The notes below the pieces were generated by a model. That model saw only the letters and a program-made list of their open reading frames with translations, was not told where the DNA came from and made no database searches. Made by a program: the position numbers and the translations under genes. Source: Ilumatobacteraceae bacterium (lineage in GTDB: Bacteria > Actinomycetota > Acidimicrobiia > Acidimicrobiales > Ilumatobacteraceae). Taken from it: DNA of 53,287 nt. This document shows positions 28,972-39,249 of this stretch, one piece after another; position 1 is the first letter of the stretch; each line of letters begins with the position of its first letter. Location: positions 1 to 53,287 of the forward strand of contig JANOTN010000098.1 of the NCBI GenBank assembly GCA_031416375.1. Direction: 5' to 3'.

Positions 28972-30456
28972 ATGTCTCAGCCCAGCGGCGGCCATTTCGC
29001 CCACACACCTGCACCGTTCCAAGTGCACAACAGGATTGGCGACCAACTCCTGCCGGCATCGGATGCGGCCGAGTTCGAACGTCGCGATCCGGCCGACACT
29101 CGACGGGTGGTGTCCGTCGCCCCCGAGAGCACCGCCGACGACGTGCGCGCCGCTGTCGACGCCGCCACCGAGGCCGCTGTCGCATGGCGACTCACCACGC
29201 CCAGTCGGCGTGCCGAATTGCTCACCGGTGCCGCCCGGTTGCTCACCGAGCGTGGCGAGTCGATCGCCGCGGAGATGGTGGCAGAGGAGGGCAAGCCGCT
29301 AGCCGACGCGAAGAACGAGACCGGCCGCACACCGCGCAACCTCGAGTTGTACGCCGGCGAGGCCTATCGGCTCACCGGCACCACGTTCCCCAGTGACGAC
29401 ACGCCGCTCGTGTATTCGGTGCGCGATCCCGTCGGAGTGGTCGGCGTTATCACGCCTTGGAACTTCCCGCTCAACCTGGCGAGTCGGAAGATCGGCCCTG
29501 CGCTCGCCGTGGGGAACACTGTCGTGTTCAAGCCGTCGCCGATGACCCCGCTGATGGGCGACCGGCTCGCCGCGGCGTTCATCGACGCGGGTCTTCCCCC
29601 CGGTGTGCTCAACGTGGTGCACGGCTTCTCCGCAGGGGCGAACCTCGTCGCGGATACCAGGGTTGGTGCCATCAGTTTTACCGGTTCCAACGCCACCGGT
29701 TCGAAGATCCACGCGGCAATCGGTGTCGGCCGTCGAGCGCAATTGGAACTTGGCGGGAAGAACCCGGTGATCGTCCTCGCCGACGCCGACCTCGATGCTG
29801 CCGCATCCATCGTTGCCCGCTCCAGCTTCGGCCTCTCCGGGCAGGCCTGCACCGGGGCGGGGCGTATCCTGGTTGACAGCAGCGTCCACGACGAACTGCT
29901 CGAGCGTGTGGTCGCGCTGGCCAATGGCTACGTCATCGGTGCGGGTGATCGGCCGACCACCACCATGGGGCCGCTCGTCGACCCGAACGCGGTGGCAGCG
30001 ATGGAGCAGGCGGTCGCGCAGGCTGTCACCGATGGCGCGACGGTGGTGTGCGGTGGCACGCGCCCAACCGAGGATGAGTTCGCCCACGGTTGTTTCTTCC
30101 GCGCGACCGTGCTGGCCGACGCTCGGCCCGACATGGCGCTCAGCTGCAATGAAGTGTTCGGCCCGGTCATCGGCTTCGAGCGGATCGATGGCCTCGATGA
30201 AGCGATCGCCTCGGCCAACGCCGTGCCGTACGGATTGTCGGCAGCGTTGTGCACCCGCGACCTGCGTGCGGCGCAGCATTTCGCCGCCGAGATCCAAGCC
30301 GGCATGGTGCGCATCAACCGCGCCACGGTCGGTGCGGCGTTCAACGCGCCCTTCGGCGGCATCAAGCAGTCGGGCACGGGCATGCACAAGGAACAACTCG
30401 GACCGACCGTGATGGATTTCTACACGGTGATGCGCACGGTCTGGCTGGGCAACTGA
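28972..30456 (+). CDS. Aldehyde dehydrogenase
   Basis: ITPWNFP, FKPS, FTGS, LELGGKNP, GQACT (catalytic Cys), EVFGPV, PFGGIKQSG. Confidence 0.95.
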   Translation: MSQPSGGHFAHTPAPFQVHNRIGDQLLPASDAAEFERRDPADTRRVVSVAPESTADDVRAAVDAATEAAVAWRLTTPSRRAELLTGAARLLTERGESIAAEMVAEEGKPLADAKNETGRTPRNLELYAGEAYRLTGTTFPSDDTPLVYSVRDPVGVVGVITPWNFPLNLASRKIGPALAVGNTVVFKPSPMTPLMGDRLAAAFIDAGLPPGVLNVVHGFSAGANLVADTRVGAISFTGSNATGSKIHAAIGVGRRAQLELGGKNPVIVLADADLDAAASIVARSSFGLSGQACTGAGRILVDSSVHDELLERVVALANGYVIGAGDRPTTTMGPLVDPNAVAAMEQAVAQAVTDGATVVCGGTRPTEDEFAHGCFFRATVLADARPDMALSCNEVFGPVIGFERIDGLDEAIASANAVPYGLSAALCTRDLRAAQHFAAEIQAGMVRINRATVGAAFNAPFGGIKQSGTGMHKEQLGPTVMDFYTVMRTVWLGN

Positions 30457-31223
30457 TGGACCTCGAATTGTACGGCCGTCGTGCCCTCGTGCTCGGCTCC
30501 TCCAGCGGTCTCGGCCGCGCTGTGGCAGCAGGGCTGGTCGCCGAAGGAGCTCGGGTCGCGGTGGTCAGCCGCTCACAGGAGCGCAGCGCCGAGGCCGCGT
30601 CTACGGTCGGTGCCGAGACTGCGCTCGTCGCCGATCTCACCGTGGCGGGCGAGCCCACGCGCCTGGTGGTCGACGCGGTCGCGGCACTCGGTGGGCTCGA
30701 CATCCTCATCGTCAACACCGGCGGCGGGAAGCCCGGGCCGATTCTCGCCACCGATGGCGCCGACGACGGGGCCTACGCGGCGATGTTGCGACCCGCGCTC
30801 GAGATCAGCCGCGCCGCCGCGCCGCACCTCATTGCCAGCGGCGACGGGCGACTGATCTACCTCACCGCCCGGTCGGTGGTCGAAGCCAGCCCCGACCTGG
30901 CACTGAGCTCGGTGTTCCGCAGCGGTGTCGCCGCAGCGGCTCGCTCCCTTGCGCTCGAACTGGCGCCCAACGTCACGGTGAACGTCATCATCACCGGTCA
31001 GTTCGCGACTCCTGCGCTCGATCGCTTCGAACGCGCCCGAGCCGAGCACGAGGCACTGACGCCCGACGAGGTACGCCGCCAACACGTCGCCGCAATCCCG
31101 ATCGGCCGTCTCGGGCGTGCGGAGGAACTCGCCGACGTGGCGGTGTTCCTGGCGAGCGCGCGTGCGAGCTTCGTCACCGGCACGATGGTGCGGGTCGACG
31201 GTGGCGCCGTGCGCGGGTTCTGA
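30456..31223 (+). CDS. SDR family oxidoreductase (atypical active site)
   Basis: LGSSSGLG, LDILIVNTGG, PIGRLG.AEE.A, FVTG..VRVDGG; SxxxR in place of YxxxK. Confidence 0.9.
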   Translation: MDLELYGRRALVLGSSSGLGRAVAAGLVAEGARVAVVSRSQERSAEAASTVGAETALVADLTVAGEPTRLVVDAVAALGGLDILIVNTGGGKPGPILATDGADDGAYAAMLRPALEISRAAAPHLIASGDGRLIYLTARSVVEASPDLALSSVFRSGVAAAARSLALELAPNVTVNVIITGQFATPALDRFERARAEHEALTPDEVRRQHVAAIPIGRLGRAEELADVAVFLASARASFVTGTMVRVDGGAVRGF

Positions 31224-31230
31224 TGCGCAG

Positions 31231-31533
31231 TCAGAGGGTGTCGGACACGCCGTCCACGACAGCGAACCGAACCGTGGCTGCATCACCGCGCACTGCCTTC
31301 GCCGCCTGATACTCGGGCGAGTGGAAGTATGCCAGGGCGGCGTCGCGGGAGGGGAACTCGACGACCACGACGCGGGCGGGGATCGGCTCGCCCTCGAGCG
31401 TCTTGACCGTTCCGCCCGCAGCCAGGATGCGGCCGCCGTGCTGCAGGATCGCAGCGCGTCCGAGCGCGGCGTACTCGGCGTACCGAACTGCGTCGTGCAC
31501 TTCGACCTGATTGACGACGTATGCCTTCGCCAT
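31231..31533 (-). CDS. DUF1330 family protein
   Basis: MAKAYVV...Y.EY...GGRILA.GG...LEG...VVVEFPS...A.AYFHSPEYQ.A...R; GAGGTG SD. Confidence 0.9.
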   Translation of the reverse strand: MAKAYVVNQVEVHDAVRYAEYAALGRAAILQHGGRILAAGGTVKTLEGEPIPARVVVVEFPSRDAALAYFHSPEYQAAKAVRGDAATVRFAVVDGVSDTL

Positions 31534-31541
31534 CTGCCGGC

Positions 31542-32228
31542 TCACCTCGACGTCAGTTGGTCGCTCACGAACGCCTGGCGGGCGTTGGAGATGTGGGCGC
31601 AGGCCTCGGCGAACGCGAGGGCGGGATCGCCGATCGCAATCGCGTCGACGATGCGTCGGTGCTCGGTCCACGACATCGTGCCGCGCTGTGTGATGCGCCG
31701 CGTGTAGACCCACTCGATGAGTGGCGACATGCGTTCCACCGTCTCGGCGAGCATGGAGTTGTTCGCCGCTTCACCGAGGACGTGGTGGAACTCGGTGTTG
31801 AGGGCGGGCAGGGTGGCGATGTCGCCGACGGTGGCTGCTGCCGCACCCAGCTCGAGCACGCGCTGCAGTTCGCGCAGCTGCTCGGGGGTGCGCCGCTGAG
31901 CCGCCAGGCGCGCGACCATGCCCTCGAGCGCCTCGCGCATCTCGAACAGATCGTTGGCTCGATCGAGCGAGATGACCGCCACCCGTGCACCACGCCGTGG
32001 ATTGAGCTCGACGAAGCCCTCGGCCTCGAGAGCCTGCAGAGCCTCGCGCACCGGGTTCCTCGACACATCGAGCTCATGGGCCAGCTGATCTTCGTAGATC
32101 CGTTCGCCCTGCTGCAGCCTGCCGTCGACGATACGACGCTGGACTTCTTCGTACACGGCGCGGCGCAGCGGCTGGTGGGCTCTGCCCACCCGAACCGCGA
32201 GCGACGTGGGCTGGTCGGTGTTGGTCAT
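31542..32228 (-). CDS. GntR family regulator (FCD domain), paralog 1
   Basis: w[19 protein letters not shown]; FCD NTEFH...EH..I.DAI...H. Confidence 0.93.
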   Translation of the reverse strand: MTNTDQPTSLAVRVGRAHQPLRRAVYEEVQRRIVDGRLQQGERIYEDQLAHELDVSRNPVREALQALEAEGFVELNPRRGARVAVISLDRANDLFEMREALEGMVARLAAQRRTPEQLRELQRVLELGAAAATVGDIATLPALNTEFHHVLGEAANNSMLAETVERMSPLIEWVYTRRITQRGTMSWTEHRRIVDAIAIGDPALAFAEACAHISNARQAFVSDQLTSR

Positions 32229-32376
32229 CGCTCGACTCTGTTCGACGCTCTTGTGTACGCCGTTGATGTGAACGACATGCGCACCTCACCTTTCCTCAGC
32301 GAGCGTACGCTCGATCATGTGTTCGTGTCGTGCCGTGAACGTTTCGTGTGGACCTTGACCCAGGGGGTGTGTAGAT

Positions 32377-32390
32377 TGTATAAAGTATCC
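32377..32390 (+). promoter_or_regulatory. Putative GntR operator 3 (TGTATAAAGTATCC), upstream of the ABC operon
   Basis: Matches the consensus; TTGACC -35-like hexamer at 32355-32360. Confidence 0.75.
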
Positions 32391-32428
32391 AATGGACGCT
32401 GTGTCCACCTTACCAGGGGGGAATAAAA

Positions 32429-33967
32429 ATGAAAAAGCGCTACCGACTTCTCGGTTCGCTGGTTGCCTTGTCATTCGCCAGTGCCGCATGCGGCAGTGAC
32501 GACAAGGTCGGCAACGACACCTCGACCCAGGCCGACAACGAAGCCGTTGCGGGCGCGGAGATCACCATCGCGCTCGGCTCCGAACCCACGAGCCTCGATC
32601 CGTACATTGTCGACGATGGTGCCGAGCGCGCCATCAACGACAACATCTACGAGACGTTGCTCAGCCGTGATGCCGCGGGTGTGCTGCAGCCCGGTCTCGA
32701 CACCGAGTTGCCCACGCAGGTCGACGATACTACCTGGCAGTTCAAGCTCCGCGAAGGTGTAAAGTTCCACGACGGGTCGGCGTTCAACGCAGATTCGGTG
32801 GTGGCCAGCATCAGTCGCATCGTGAAGTTGATCGCCGATGAGAAGACCGACAACAACGGCTTCTACGGCAGTCTTACGGGTGCCGTGAAGGTCGACGACA
32901 CCACCGTCAACATCGCGACAGCGACGCCCGATGGCGTGCTGCCGGCTCGCATGTACTGGTTGAAGATGATCCCCACGTCTGCCGAGGCGACTGAAGACCT
33001 CTCCGAGTCGGTGGTCGGTACCGGTCCGTACAAGTTCGTCAGCCGCACGGTGGGCTCCGACATCAAGATTGAGGTCAACGCCGAGTATTGGGGCGATGCA
33101 CCGTCCATCTCGAAGGTGACCTTCGAGTTCGTGGCAGAAGGTGGCACCCGTCTGGCCGGCCTGAAGTCGGGCAAGTACGACCTCATCACGAACCTGCCTC
33201 CGCAGGACGTGGATCAGGCACCGCAGTCCAACAAGGTGCAGGGTCAGGAACACCCGATCCTCATCCTCGACGCCGATGAAGGTATCACTGCCGATCCGAA
33301 CGTGCGGCTCGCACTGAACCTCGCGGTCGACAAGCAGGCCATCATCGACCAGGTCTACGGCGGCTTCGCCGTGGCTGACGCCGGTCAGATCCTCAGCCCG
33401 TCGGTGTTGGGCTTCAACCCCGACCTGGTGGCGTATGGCTACGACGTCGAAAAGGCCAAGCAACTGATAACGGACGCCGGTGTCGAAGGCGAGACCATCC
33501 AACTCGTCGGCGAGGCCGGCCGCTGGTTGAACGACCGCGAATTGCTGGAAGCCGTGGCTGGTTACTGGAAGGCTGCAGGCATGAACGTGCAGCTCGACAT
33601 CCTCGAGTTCGGGGCCTACCTCGACGTGCTGTTCGACCGCACCAACCGTGCCGACGCCATCTTCGTGTCGAGCTCCAACGACATCCTCGACCCCGACCGT
33701 CAGCTCTCCACCTACTACCAGGCCGGTGGCGGCGGTGCGTCGAACTCCGACGAGGCATTGTCGGCCCTCATCGACGAGGGTCGTCAGGAGCTCGATCCGA
33801 ACGCTCGGGACGCGACGTACCAACAGGCCGTGAAGATCGCCTACGACGGCTCCTACTTCGTCTGGCTGGTCAACAACTCCGACCTCTACGGCCTGTCAGA
33901 GCGGATGACATGGAACCCTCGGGTCGACTCGAAGCTCCTGGTCAAGGAAATGTCCGTCACCAGCTGA
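32429..33967 (+). CDS. ABC transporter substrate-binding lipoprotein (family 5, Opp/Dpp/Nik-type)
   Basis: Lipobox ASAAC; EPTSLDP, IYETLL, FKLREGVKFHDG, GTGPYKF, N.EYWG, VRLALNLAVD. Confidence 0.95.
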   Translation: MKKRYRLLGSLVALSFASAACGSDDKVGNDTSTQADNEAVAGAEITIALGSEPTSLDPYIVDDGAERAINDNIYETLLSRDAAGVLQPGLDTELPTQVDDTTWQFKLREGVKFHDGSAFNADSVVASISRIVKLIADEKTDNNGFYGSLTGAVKVDDTTVNIATATPDGVLPARMYWLKMIPTSAEATEDLSESVVGTGPYKFVSRTVGSDIKIEVNAEYWGDAPSISKVTFEFVAEGGTRLAGLKSGKYDLITNLPPQDVDQAPQSNKVQGQEHPILILDADEGITADPNVRLALNLAVDKQAIIDQVYGGFAVADAGQILSPSVLGFNPDLVAYGYDVEKAKQLITDAGVEGETIQLVGEAGRWLNDRELLEAVAGYWKAAGMNVQLDILEFGAYLDVLFDRTNRADAIFVSSSNDILDPDRQLSTYYQAGGGGASNSDEALSALIDEGRQELDPNARDATYQQAVKIAYDGSYFVWLVNNSDLYGLSERMTWNPRVDSKLLVKEMSVTS

Positions 33968-34003
33968 GCTGGTGACCGGAGAGCCGGGAGCGGCAGCAAC
34001 AAC

Positions 34004-34927
34004 ATGGGACGATACATCGCACGTCGACTGGGCCAAGGGCTCGTGGTCATCTTCGGAGTGACCATCTTCGTGTTCGTCATCACTCGCCTCATCGGCGATC
34101 CCGTGAAATTCATGCTGCCGCTCTCGGCTACTCCGGAGCAGCGCGAGGCACGACGCGCTGCAATGGGGCTCGACGCCGGCATCCCAACCCAGTTCGTGCG
34201 TTTCCTCGGAGACCTGATTCGCCTCGACCTCGGCGAGAGCACCTACGTGCGTGGTCAATCGGCGCTCTCTGTGGTGTTCGACTACCTCCCACGAACCATG
34301 CAACTCGTCGGCCTGGGCATGTTGTTCGCCGTCGTGTTCAGCATTCCATTTGGGGTGCTCGCCAGCCGAAAGCCGGGCGGTGTCACCGACCGCGTGCTCA
34401 CCACGCTCAGCCTCGTCGGGCTGTCGATGCCTCAGTTCTTCCTCGGTTTCATGCTGCTCATCGCCTTCACGGTGAAGCTGCAGTGGTTCGAGACCGGCCC
34501 CGGTCCCTGGACCACCAACCTGGTGCTCCCAGCGGTGTGCCTCGCACTCCCCGCAATCGGTCGCCTCTCTATCGTGGTGCGCTCGTCGATGATCGACGAG
34601 CTGAACACTCAGTACGTGAAGGTGGCGAAAGCGAAGGGCATGACCCAGCGCCGCATCCTGGGCGTGCACGCCTTGCGCAACGCTGGAATCCCGTACGTCA
34701 CCCTGCTCGGTTGGGAGATCATCCGAGCGCTCGCCGGCTACACCGTGGTCGTCGAATCGGTGTTCAACTGGCCAGGCTTGGGCTTCATGGCCAAGACGGC
34801 CATCAAGAACCAGGACTTCTACCTGATCCAGGCGATCGTGTTCGTCATCGCTGTCATTGTCGTCCTGCTCAGCATTCTGATCGACATCGCTTACAAAGTG
34901 CTCGATCCGAGGGTGGATCTGCAGTGA
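34004..34927 (+). CDS. ABC transporter permease (OppB/DppB-like)
   Basis: GDP, DLGES, YVKVAKAKG...HALRNA, VESVFNWPGLG, LDPRV. Confidence 0.95.
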   Translation: MGRYIARRLGQGLVVIFGVTIFVFVITRLIGDPVKFMLPLSATPEQREARRAAMGLDAGIPTQFVRFLGDLIRLDLGESTYVRGQSALSVVFDYLPRTMQLVGLGMLFAVVFSIPFGVLASRKPGGVTDRVLTTLSLVGLSMPQFFLGFMLLIAFTVKLQWFETGPGPWTTNLVLPAVCLALPAIGRLSIVVRSSMIDELNTQYVKVAKAKGMTQRRILGVHALRNAGIPYVTLLGWEIIRALAGYTVVVESVFNWPGLGFMAKTAIKNQDFYLIQAIVFVIAVIVVLLSILIDIAYKVLDPRVDLQ

Positions 34928-35925
34928 CCGTGCCCGACGAATACACCAGCGAACACCAAGACATCGAGGACGCCGGGCACGCAGAAGAGGCGCTGCACGG
35001 GCGGCCCTTCGAACTGGCGGCGGTGAGCAGCGGCCACGGGCTGCTGCCTGACCTGGTGCGCGACAAGCTCGGCTTCGCCTCGTTGATCTTTCTCGTGCTC
35101 CTGATCGCCGCGGCCATCTTCGGCCCGATGCTGCTCGACATTGACCCGAACGCCGGTGACCTGTCGAATGCGATGGCCTCACCCGTGTGGCACGGCGGCA
35201 GCTGGAGCCACATCATGGGCACCGACTGGCAGGGATACGACGTGTTGTCCCGTCTGCTCGCCGGTGCCCGTACCTCGCTCACCATCGGGGTGCTCGTGGT
35301 GGTGGTGGCGGGAACGTTCGGCGTACTGGTCGGCCTGTGGGCCGGCTACAAGGGCGGCCGTACGGATCGCTGGCTGATGGGCTGGGTCGATGTGCAGGTG
35401 TCGTTCCCCGGTCTGTTGCTGGCCATGCTGCTCATCGCGCTCGTCGGCGGCAGTGTCGCCAGCATCACCCTCATCCTTGCGGTCAACGGCTGGATGGTCC
35501 ACGCCCGCATGACCCGCGGTGTCGTGTTGTCGGTCAAGGAGCGCCCATTCGTCGAGGCCGCCGAAATCATCGGCTGCAAGCCGAAGCGAGTGGTGTTCAC
35601 CCACATCCTTCCCAACCTGGTCACCCCGCTGGCCACGCTGGCGGTGCTCGAGTTCGCCCGCATCATCCTCGCCGAGGCGGCACTGAGCTTCCTCGGGCTT
35701 GGGATCCAGTACCCGGGTGTGTCGTGGGGTCTCGACGTCAGCCGGGCCGGCGACCACGAGTTGTTTGGCAACCAGTGGCTCATCATCTATCCCGGTCTAT
35801 TGCTCAGCCTCACCGTGTTGGCTGTCAACCTGCTCAGCACTTGGTTACGTGTCGCGCTCGATCCTCAAGAGCGCGAGAAAAAGTTCGCAGCTGCGGCCGT
35901 CGGTTCCGGGAAAGGCACCGCATGA
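34924..35925 (+). CDS. ABC transporter permease (OppC/DppC-like)
   Basis: MGTD..GYDVLSRL..GARTSL, FVEAA...G, HILPN, EAALSFLGLG; GTGA overlap with the upstream permease. Confidence 0.95.
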   Translation: MTVPDEYTSEHQDIEDAGHAEEALHGRPFELAAVSSGHGLLPDLVRDKLGFASLIFLVLLIAAAIFGPMLLDIDPNAGDLSNAMASPVWHGGSWSHIMGTDWQGYDVLSRLLAGARTSLTIGVLVVVVAGTFGVLVGLWAGYKGGRTDRWLMGWVDVQVSFPGLLLAMLLIALVGGSVASITLILAVNGWMVHARMTRGVVLSVKERPFVEAAEIIGCKPKRVVFTHILPNLVTPLATLAVLEFARIILAEAALSFLGLGIQYPGVSWGLDVSRAGDHELFGNQWLIIYPGLLLSLTVLAVNLLSTWLRVALDPQEREKKFAAAAVGSGKGTA

Positions 35926-36950
35926 GTTCGCAGCAGGTCGGCGTCGCAGCCGTCGCCGGCGAGCACGCTGTGGGCGACACGATGCTCGAGGTCGAGCACC
36001 TGACGGTGAAGTTCTTCACCCGGCGCGGTGTGGTCCATGCCGTCCGCGACGTCAGCTTCACCGTGGCCAAAGGGGAGACCCTCGGGCTGGTGGGCGAGAG
36101 CGGTTCCGGGAAGAGCGTCACCGCTCAGGCCCTGCTGGGCCTCACCGAGCTCCCCGGAAAGATCACGAGTGGCGACGTGCGCTGGAAGGGCGAGTCGCTC
36201 GTCCACGATGCCAACGCCACCCTGGCCCGGGTGCGCGGCAACGAGATCGCCATGGTGTTCCAAGACCCGATGACCTCACTGAACCCGGTGTTCACCATCG
36301 GCATGCAGATCGGTGAGGTGCTGCGACGTCACATGGGCATGAACCGCCGCCAGGCCCGCGAGCGCTCGGTCGAACTGCTCGACCTCGTCGGTATCGCCAA
36401 TCCGCGCGAGCGCGTGAAGCAGTATGCGCACGAGATGTCGGGCGGCATGCGCCAGCGCGTCCTGATCGCGATGGCGCTCGCCTGCGAGCCGCAGCTACTC
36501 ATCGCCGACGAGCCCACCACAGCGCTCGACGTCACCATCCAGGCCCAGATCCTCGATCTCATCGCCGATCTCCAGCAACGGCTCGGGCTGGCGGTGTTGC
36601 TCATCACCCACGACCTGGGGGTGGTGGCTGGGCTCTGCGATCGCGTGGCAGTGATGTACTCCGGCAAGGTGGTCGAGCTGTCCACCGCCGAAGAGCTCTA
36701 CGCCGATCCTGGTCATCCGTACGCCGCTGGTCTATTGCGCAGCACCCCGCGACTCGATCTCGTGCTGCCTCGTCTGGTCAGCATCGAAGGCTCGCCGCCC
36801 GACCTGGTGCATCCACAAGCAGGGTGCTCGTTCGCCTCGCGGTGCCCGCTCGCCGTCAGCCAGTGCCTCGAGGAGACGCCCGGGCTGAAGACCCATCCGA
36901 ATGGCCGCAAGGTAGCGTGCTGGAGAGCCTTCGAGGGCACCGATGTCTGA
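35922..36950 (+). CDS. ABC transporter ATP-binding protein (OppD/DppD-like)
   Basis: [27 protein letters not shown]-terminal GCSFASRC. Confidence 0.95.
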   Translation: MSSQQVGVAAVAGEHAVGDTMLEVEHLTVKFFTRRGVVHAVRDVSFTVAKGETLGLVGESGSGKSVTAQALLGLTELPGKITSGDVRWKGESLVHDANATLARVRGNEIAMVFQDPMTSLNPVFTIGMQIGEVLRRHMGMNRRQARERSVELLDLVGIANPRERVKQYAHEMSGGMRQRVLIAMALACEPQLLIADEPTTALDVTIQAQILDLIADLQQRLGLAVLLITHDLGVVAGLCDRVAVMYSGKVVELSTAEELYADPGHPYAAGLLRSTPRLDLVLPRLVSIEGSPPDLVHPQAGCSFASRCPLAVSQCLEETPGLKTHPNGRKVACWRAFEGTDV

Positions 36951-37938
36951 AGCTGTCGTCACCGATCTGCCGCTCGTCGAGATCGATCATCTGAGCATCC
37001 GCTTCCCTGTCGGGCGCAGTGGTTTCTGGGGCAAGCAGCTGAAGTTCGTCAGCGCGATCGACGATGTGTCGTTGTCGATCGCCCGCGGCGAGACCCTGGG
37101 TCTCGTGGGCGAGAGTGGCTCCGGGAAGACCACGCTCGGCCGGGCCGTGCTGCGGCGCCTCACGCTCGCGGCCGGCACCATCAAGTTCAAGGGCACCGAC
37201 ATTACCCACACCTCGGGTGAGGAGCTCAGGCAGCTGCGCCGGCACATGCAACTCGTGTTCCAAGACCCGTATGCCAGCCTCAACCCTCGCAAGACCGTGC
37301 TCGAACTGGTGAGCGAACCCCTCATCGTCCACGGCATCGCCAAGAACACCGAGGCGGCCCGGCCGGTGGTCGCCGATCTGCTCGATCGGTGCGGGCTGCC
37401 GGTCGACGCCATTGATCGGTATGCGCATGCCTTCAGTGGCGGTCAGCGCCAACGCATCGGCATCGCGAGGGCGCTGTCCTTGCGGCCTGACTTCATCGTG
37501 GCCGACGAACCGGTCTCGGCGCTCGACGTCTCGGTCCGCGCACAGGTTGTGAACCTGTTACAAGACCTGCAGGCCGAGCTCGGCCTCACCTACCTGTTCA
37601 TCGCTCACGACCTGTCGGTGGTGCGTCACATCTCGCACCGCATCGCCATCCTCTACGCCGGCAAGCTTGTCGAGATCGCGCCCACTCACGCGCTGTACGA
37701 CTCGCCGTTGCATCCGTACACCGAGGCGCTGCTCTCGAGCGTGCCCATTCCCGATCCTCCGCTGCAGCGTGCTCGCCGCCGCATCGTGCTCCAGGGCGAG
37801 ATCCCGAATCCGGTGAACCCACCGCCCGGTTGTCGCTTCCAGACCCGCTGCCCGCTCGTCCAGCAACGCTGCCGCGTCGAGAACCCCCCGCTGGAAGAGA
37901 AGAACCCCGGCCACTGGGCCGCGTGCTTCGTTCGCTGA
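36943..37938 (+). CDS. ABC transporter ATP-binding protein (OppF/DppF-like)
   Basis: GESGSGKT, FSGGQRQR, VADEPVSALD, HPYT, GCRFQTRCP. Confidence 0.95.
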   Translation: MSEAVVTDLPLVEIDHLSIRFPVGRSGFWGKQLKFVSAIDDVSLSIARGETLGLVGESGSGKTTLGRAVLRRLTLAAGTIKFKGTDITHTSGEELRQLRRHMQLVFQDPYASLNPRKTVLELVSEPLIVHGIAKNTEAARPVVADLLDRCGLPVDAIDRYAHAFSGGQRQRIGIARALSLRPDFIVADEPVSALDVSVRAQVVNLLQDLQAELGLTYLFIAHDLSVVRHISHRIAILYAGKLVEIAPTHALYDSPLHPYTEALLSSVPIPDPPLQRARRRIVLQGEIPNPVNPPPGCRFQTRCPLVQQRCRVENPPLEEKNPGHWAACFVR

Positions 37939-38091
37939 GCCCGCCGGTGTCGACGTCCCCCGTGGGCCGATGAGCCCGATCGCCATCGTGTGGCTCCCTG
38001 AGCAGTGGACGCTGGTGGTGTTCTCGCGTCTCGGTGCGCTGGCGCTGCTGGTGGCCACCGTAGTGACGTGGTCCTGAATCCAGCCCCGCGC

Positions 38092-39249
38092 TCAAGCCGG
38101 TGATCGGAAGCGTGTCGGCGACAGGTCGGCCGACGAGACGGTGCGCTCGGTGATGCCTGTCGGCACGGCGTCGCCACGGATCAAGGTGGCGAGCAGCGAC
38201 GCCATGGCCGGTGCGGTCTTGATGCCGGCGCCGGCCTGACCGACCAGCCACCAGAACCCAGGGGCGGTGGGTTCCTCGCCCACCACGGGGGCGCCGTCGG
38301 CGCTGAACGTGCGCAAACCCGCCCATGCCCGGCGGATACTGCGCAGTGGCAAGGTGGTGGCTTCGCGAACGCGGTCGAGCGCGAGGGCCACGTCGATCTC
38401 TTCCGCCTGAGCGTCGCACGGATCGCTCGGTGACTCGTCGGCGGGGGAAATGAGTAGGCCGCCTGCCTCCGGTTCGGTGTAGTAGCGGCCGGCGACATCC
38501 ATCACCAATGGCCAGCGCGGGTCGGCATCGGCCACCGCCGCGATGCACGCCGTTCGTCGCCGTGGCTGGAGGCCGATCGCGGGGACTCCTGCGCGCTGGG
38601 CAATGACATCGCCCCAGGCGCCGGCGGCGTTGACCACGATGGGCGTGGTGAACAGGTGGGCACCGCACCTGACGGTCCACCTGTCGTCGTGCCGGCTGGG
38701 GTCGTCACGTCGGCTGAGCTCGATTGCCTCGGTGGAGGTGAACAACAGGCCGCCGCGATCGCGCAGTCCTCGCAGGAAGCCCTGCAGCAGCGCGTCGGTG
38801 TCGATCGACATGGCGTCGGGTTCGAAGGTGGAACCTCCGGCGATGGCGTGCGGCCGGAAGTAAGGAACGAGCTCGAGCGTCTCGGAGGATGTGAGCCGCG
38901 TGACCGATGGATTGATCGGCGTGCCGTGCCGGGCGAGGGCGTCGAGAGCTTCGCTGTCGGTGTCCTCGCCGACCCACAGCAGGCCGCGCGGCGAGAGCAG
39001 GGGATGCGCCGCGAAGTTGTCGGGCGGCGATTCGAAGAAGGCGCGACTGGCCGCCGCGAGCGCGCACAAGACGCGGTGGCCAGAGGTCTCAGAGAGGATC
39101 GACGCGGATCGTCCGGTGGCGTGGTGACCGGGCGACTGGGTTTGTTCCACGAGGGCAACGCTGGCGTGCTCGGCCAGCGCCCACGCTGCGGAGGCCCCGG
39201 CGATTCCGGCGCCGATGACGACGACATCGAACTTTACAGGCGAGGTCAT
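38092..39249 (-). CDS. FAD-dependent oxidoreductase, DAO family (D-arginine dehydrogenase DauA-like)
   Basis: [49 protein letters not shown]. Confidence 0.85.
   Translation of the reverse strand: MTSPVKFDVVVIGAGIAGASAAWALAEHASVALVEQTQSPGHHATGRSASILSETSGHRVLCALAAASRAFFESPPDNFAAHPLLSPRGLLWVGEDTDSEALDALARHGTPINPSVTRLTSSETLELVPYFRPHAIAGGSTFEPDAMSIDTDALLQGFLRGLRDRGGLLFTSTEAIELSRRDDPSRHDDRWTVRCGAHLFTTPIVVNAAGAWGDVIAQRAGVPAIGLQPRRRTACIAAVADADPRWPLVMDVAGRYYTEPEAGGLLISPADESPSDPCDAQAEEIDVALALDRVREATTLPLRSIRRAWAGLRTFSADGAPVVGEEPTAPGFWWLVGQAGAGIKTAPAMASLLATLIRGDAVPTGITERTVSSADLSPTRFRSPA

Noticed and set aside
32471-35182. 450-aa and 428-aa minus-strand ORFs
   Set aside because: Antisense to well-supported ABC transporter genes
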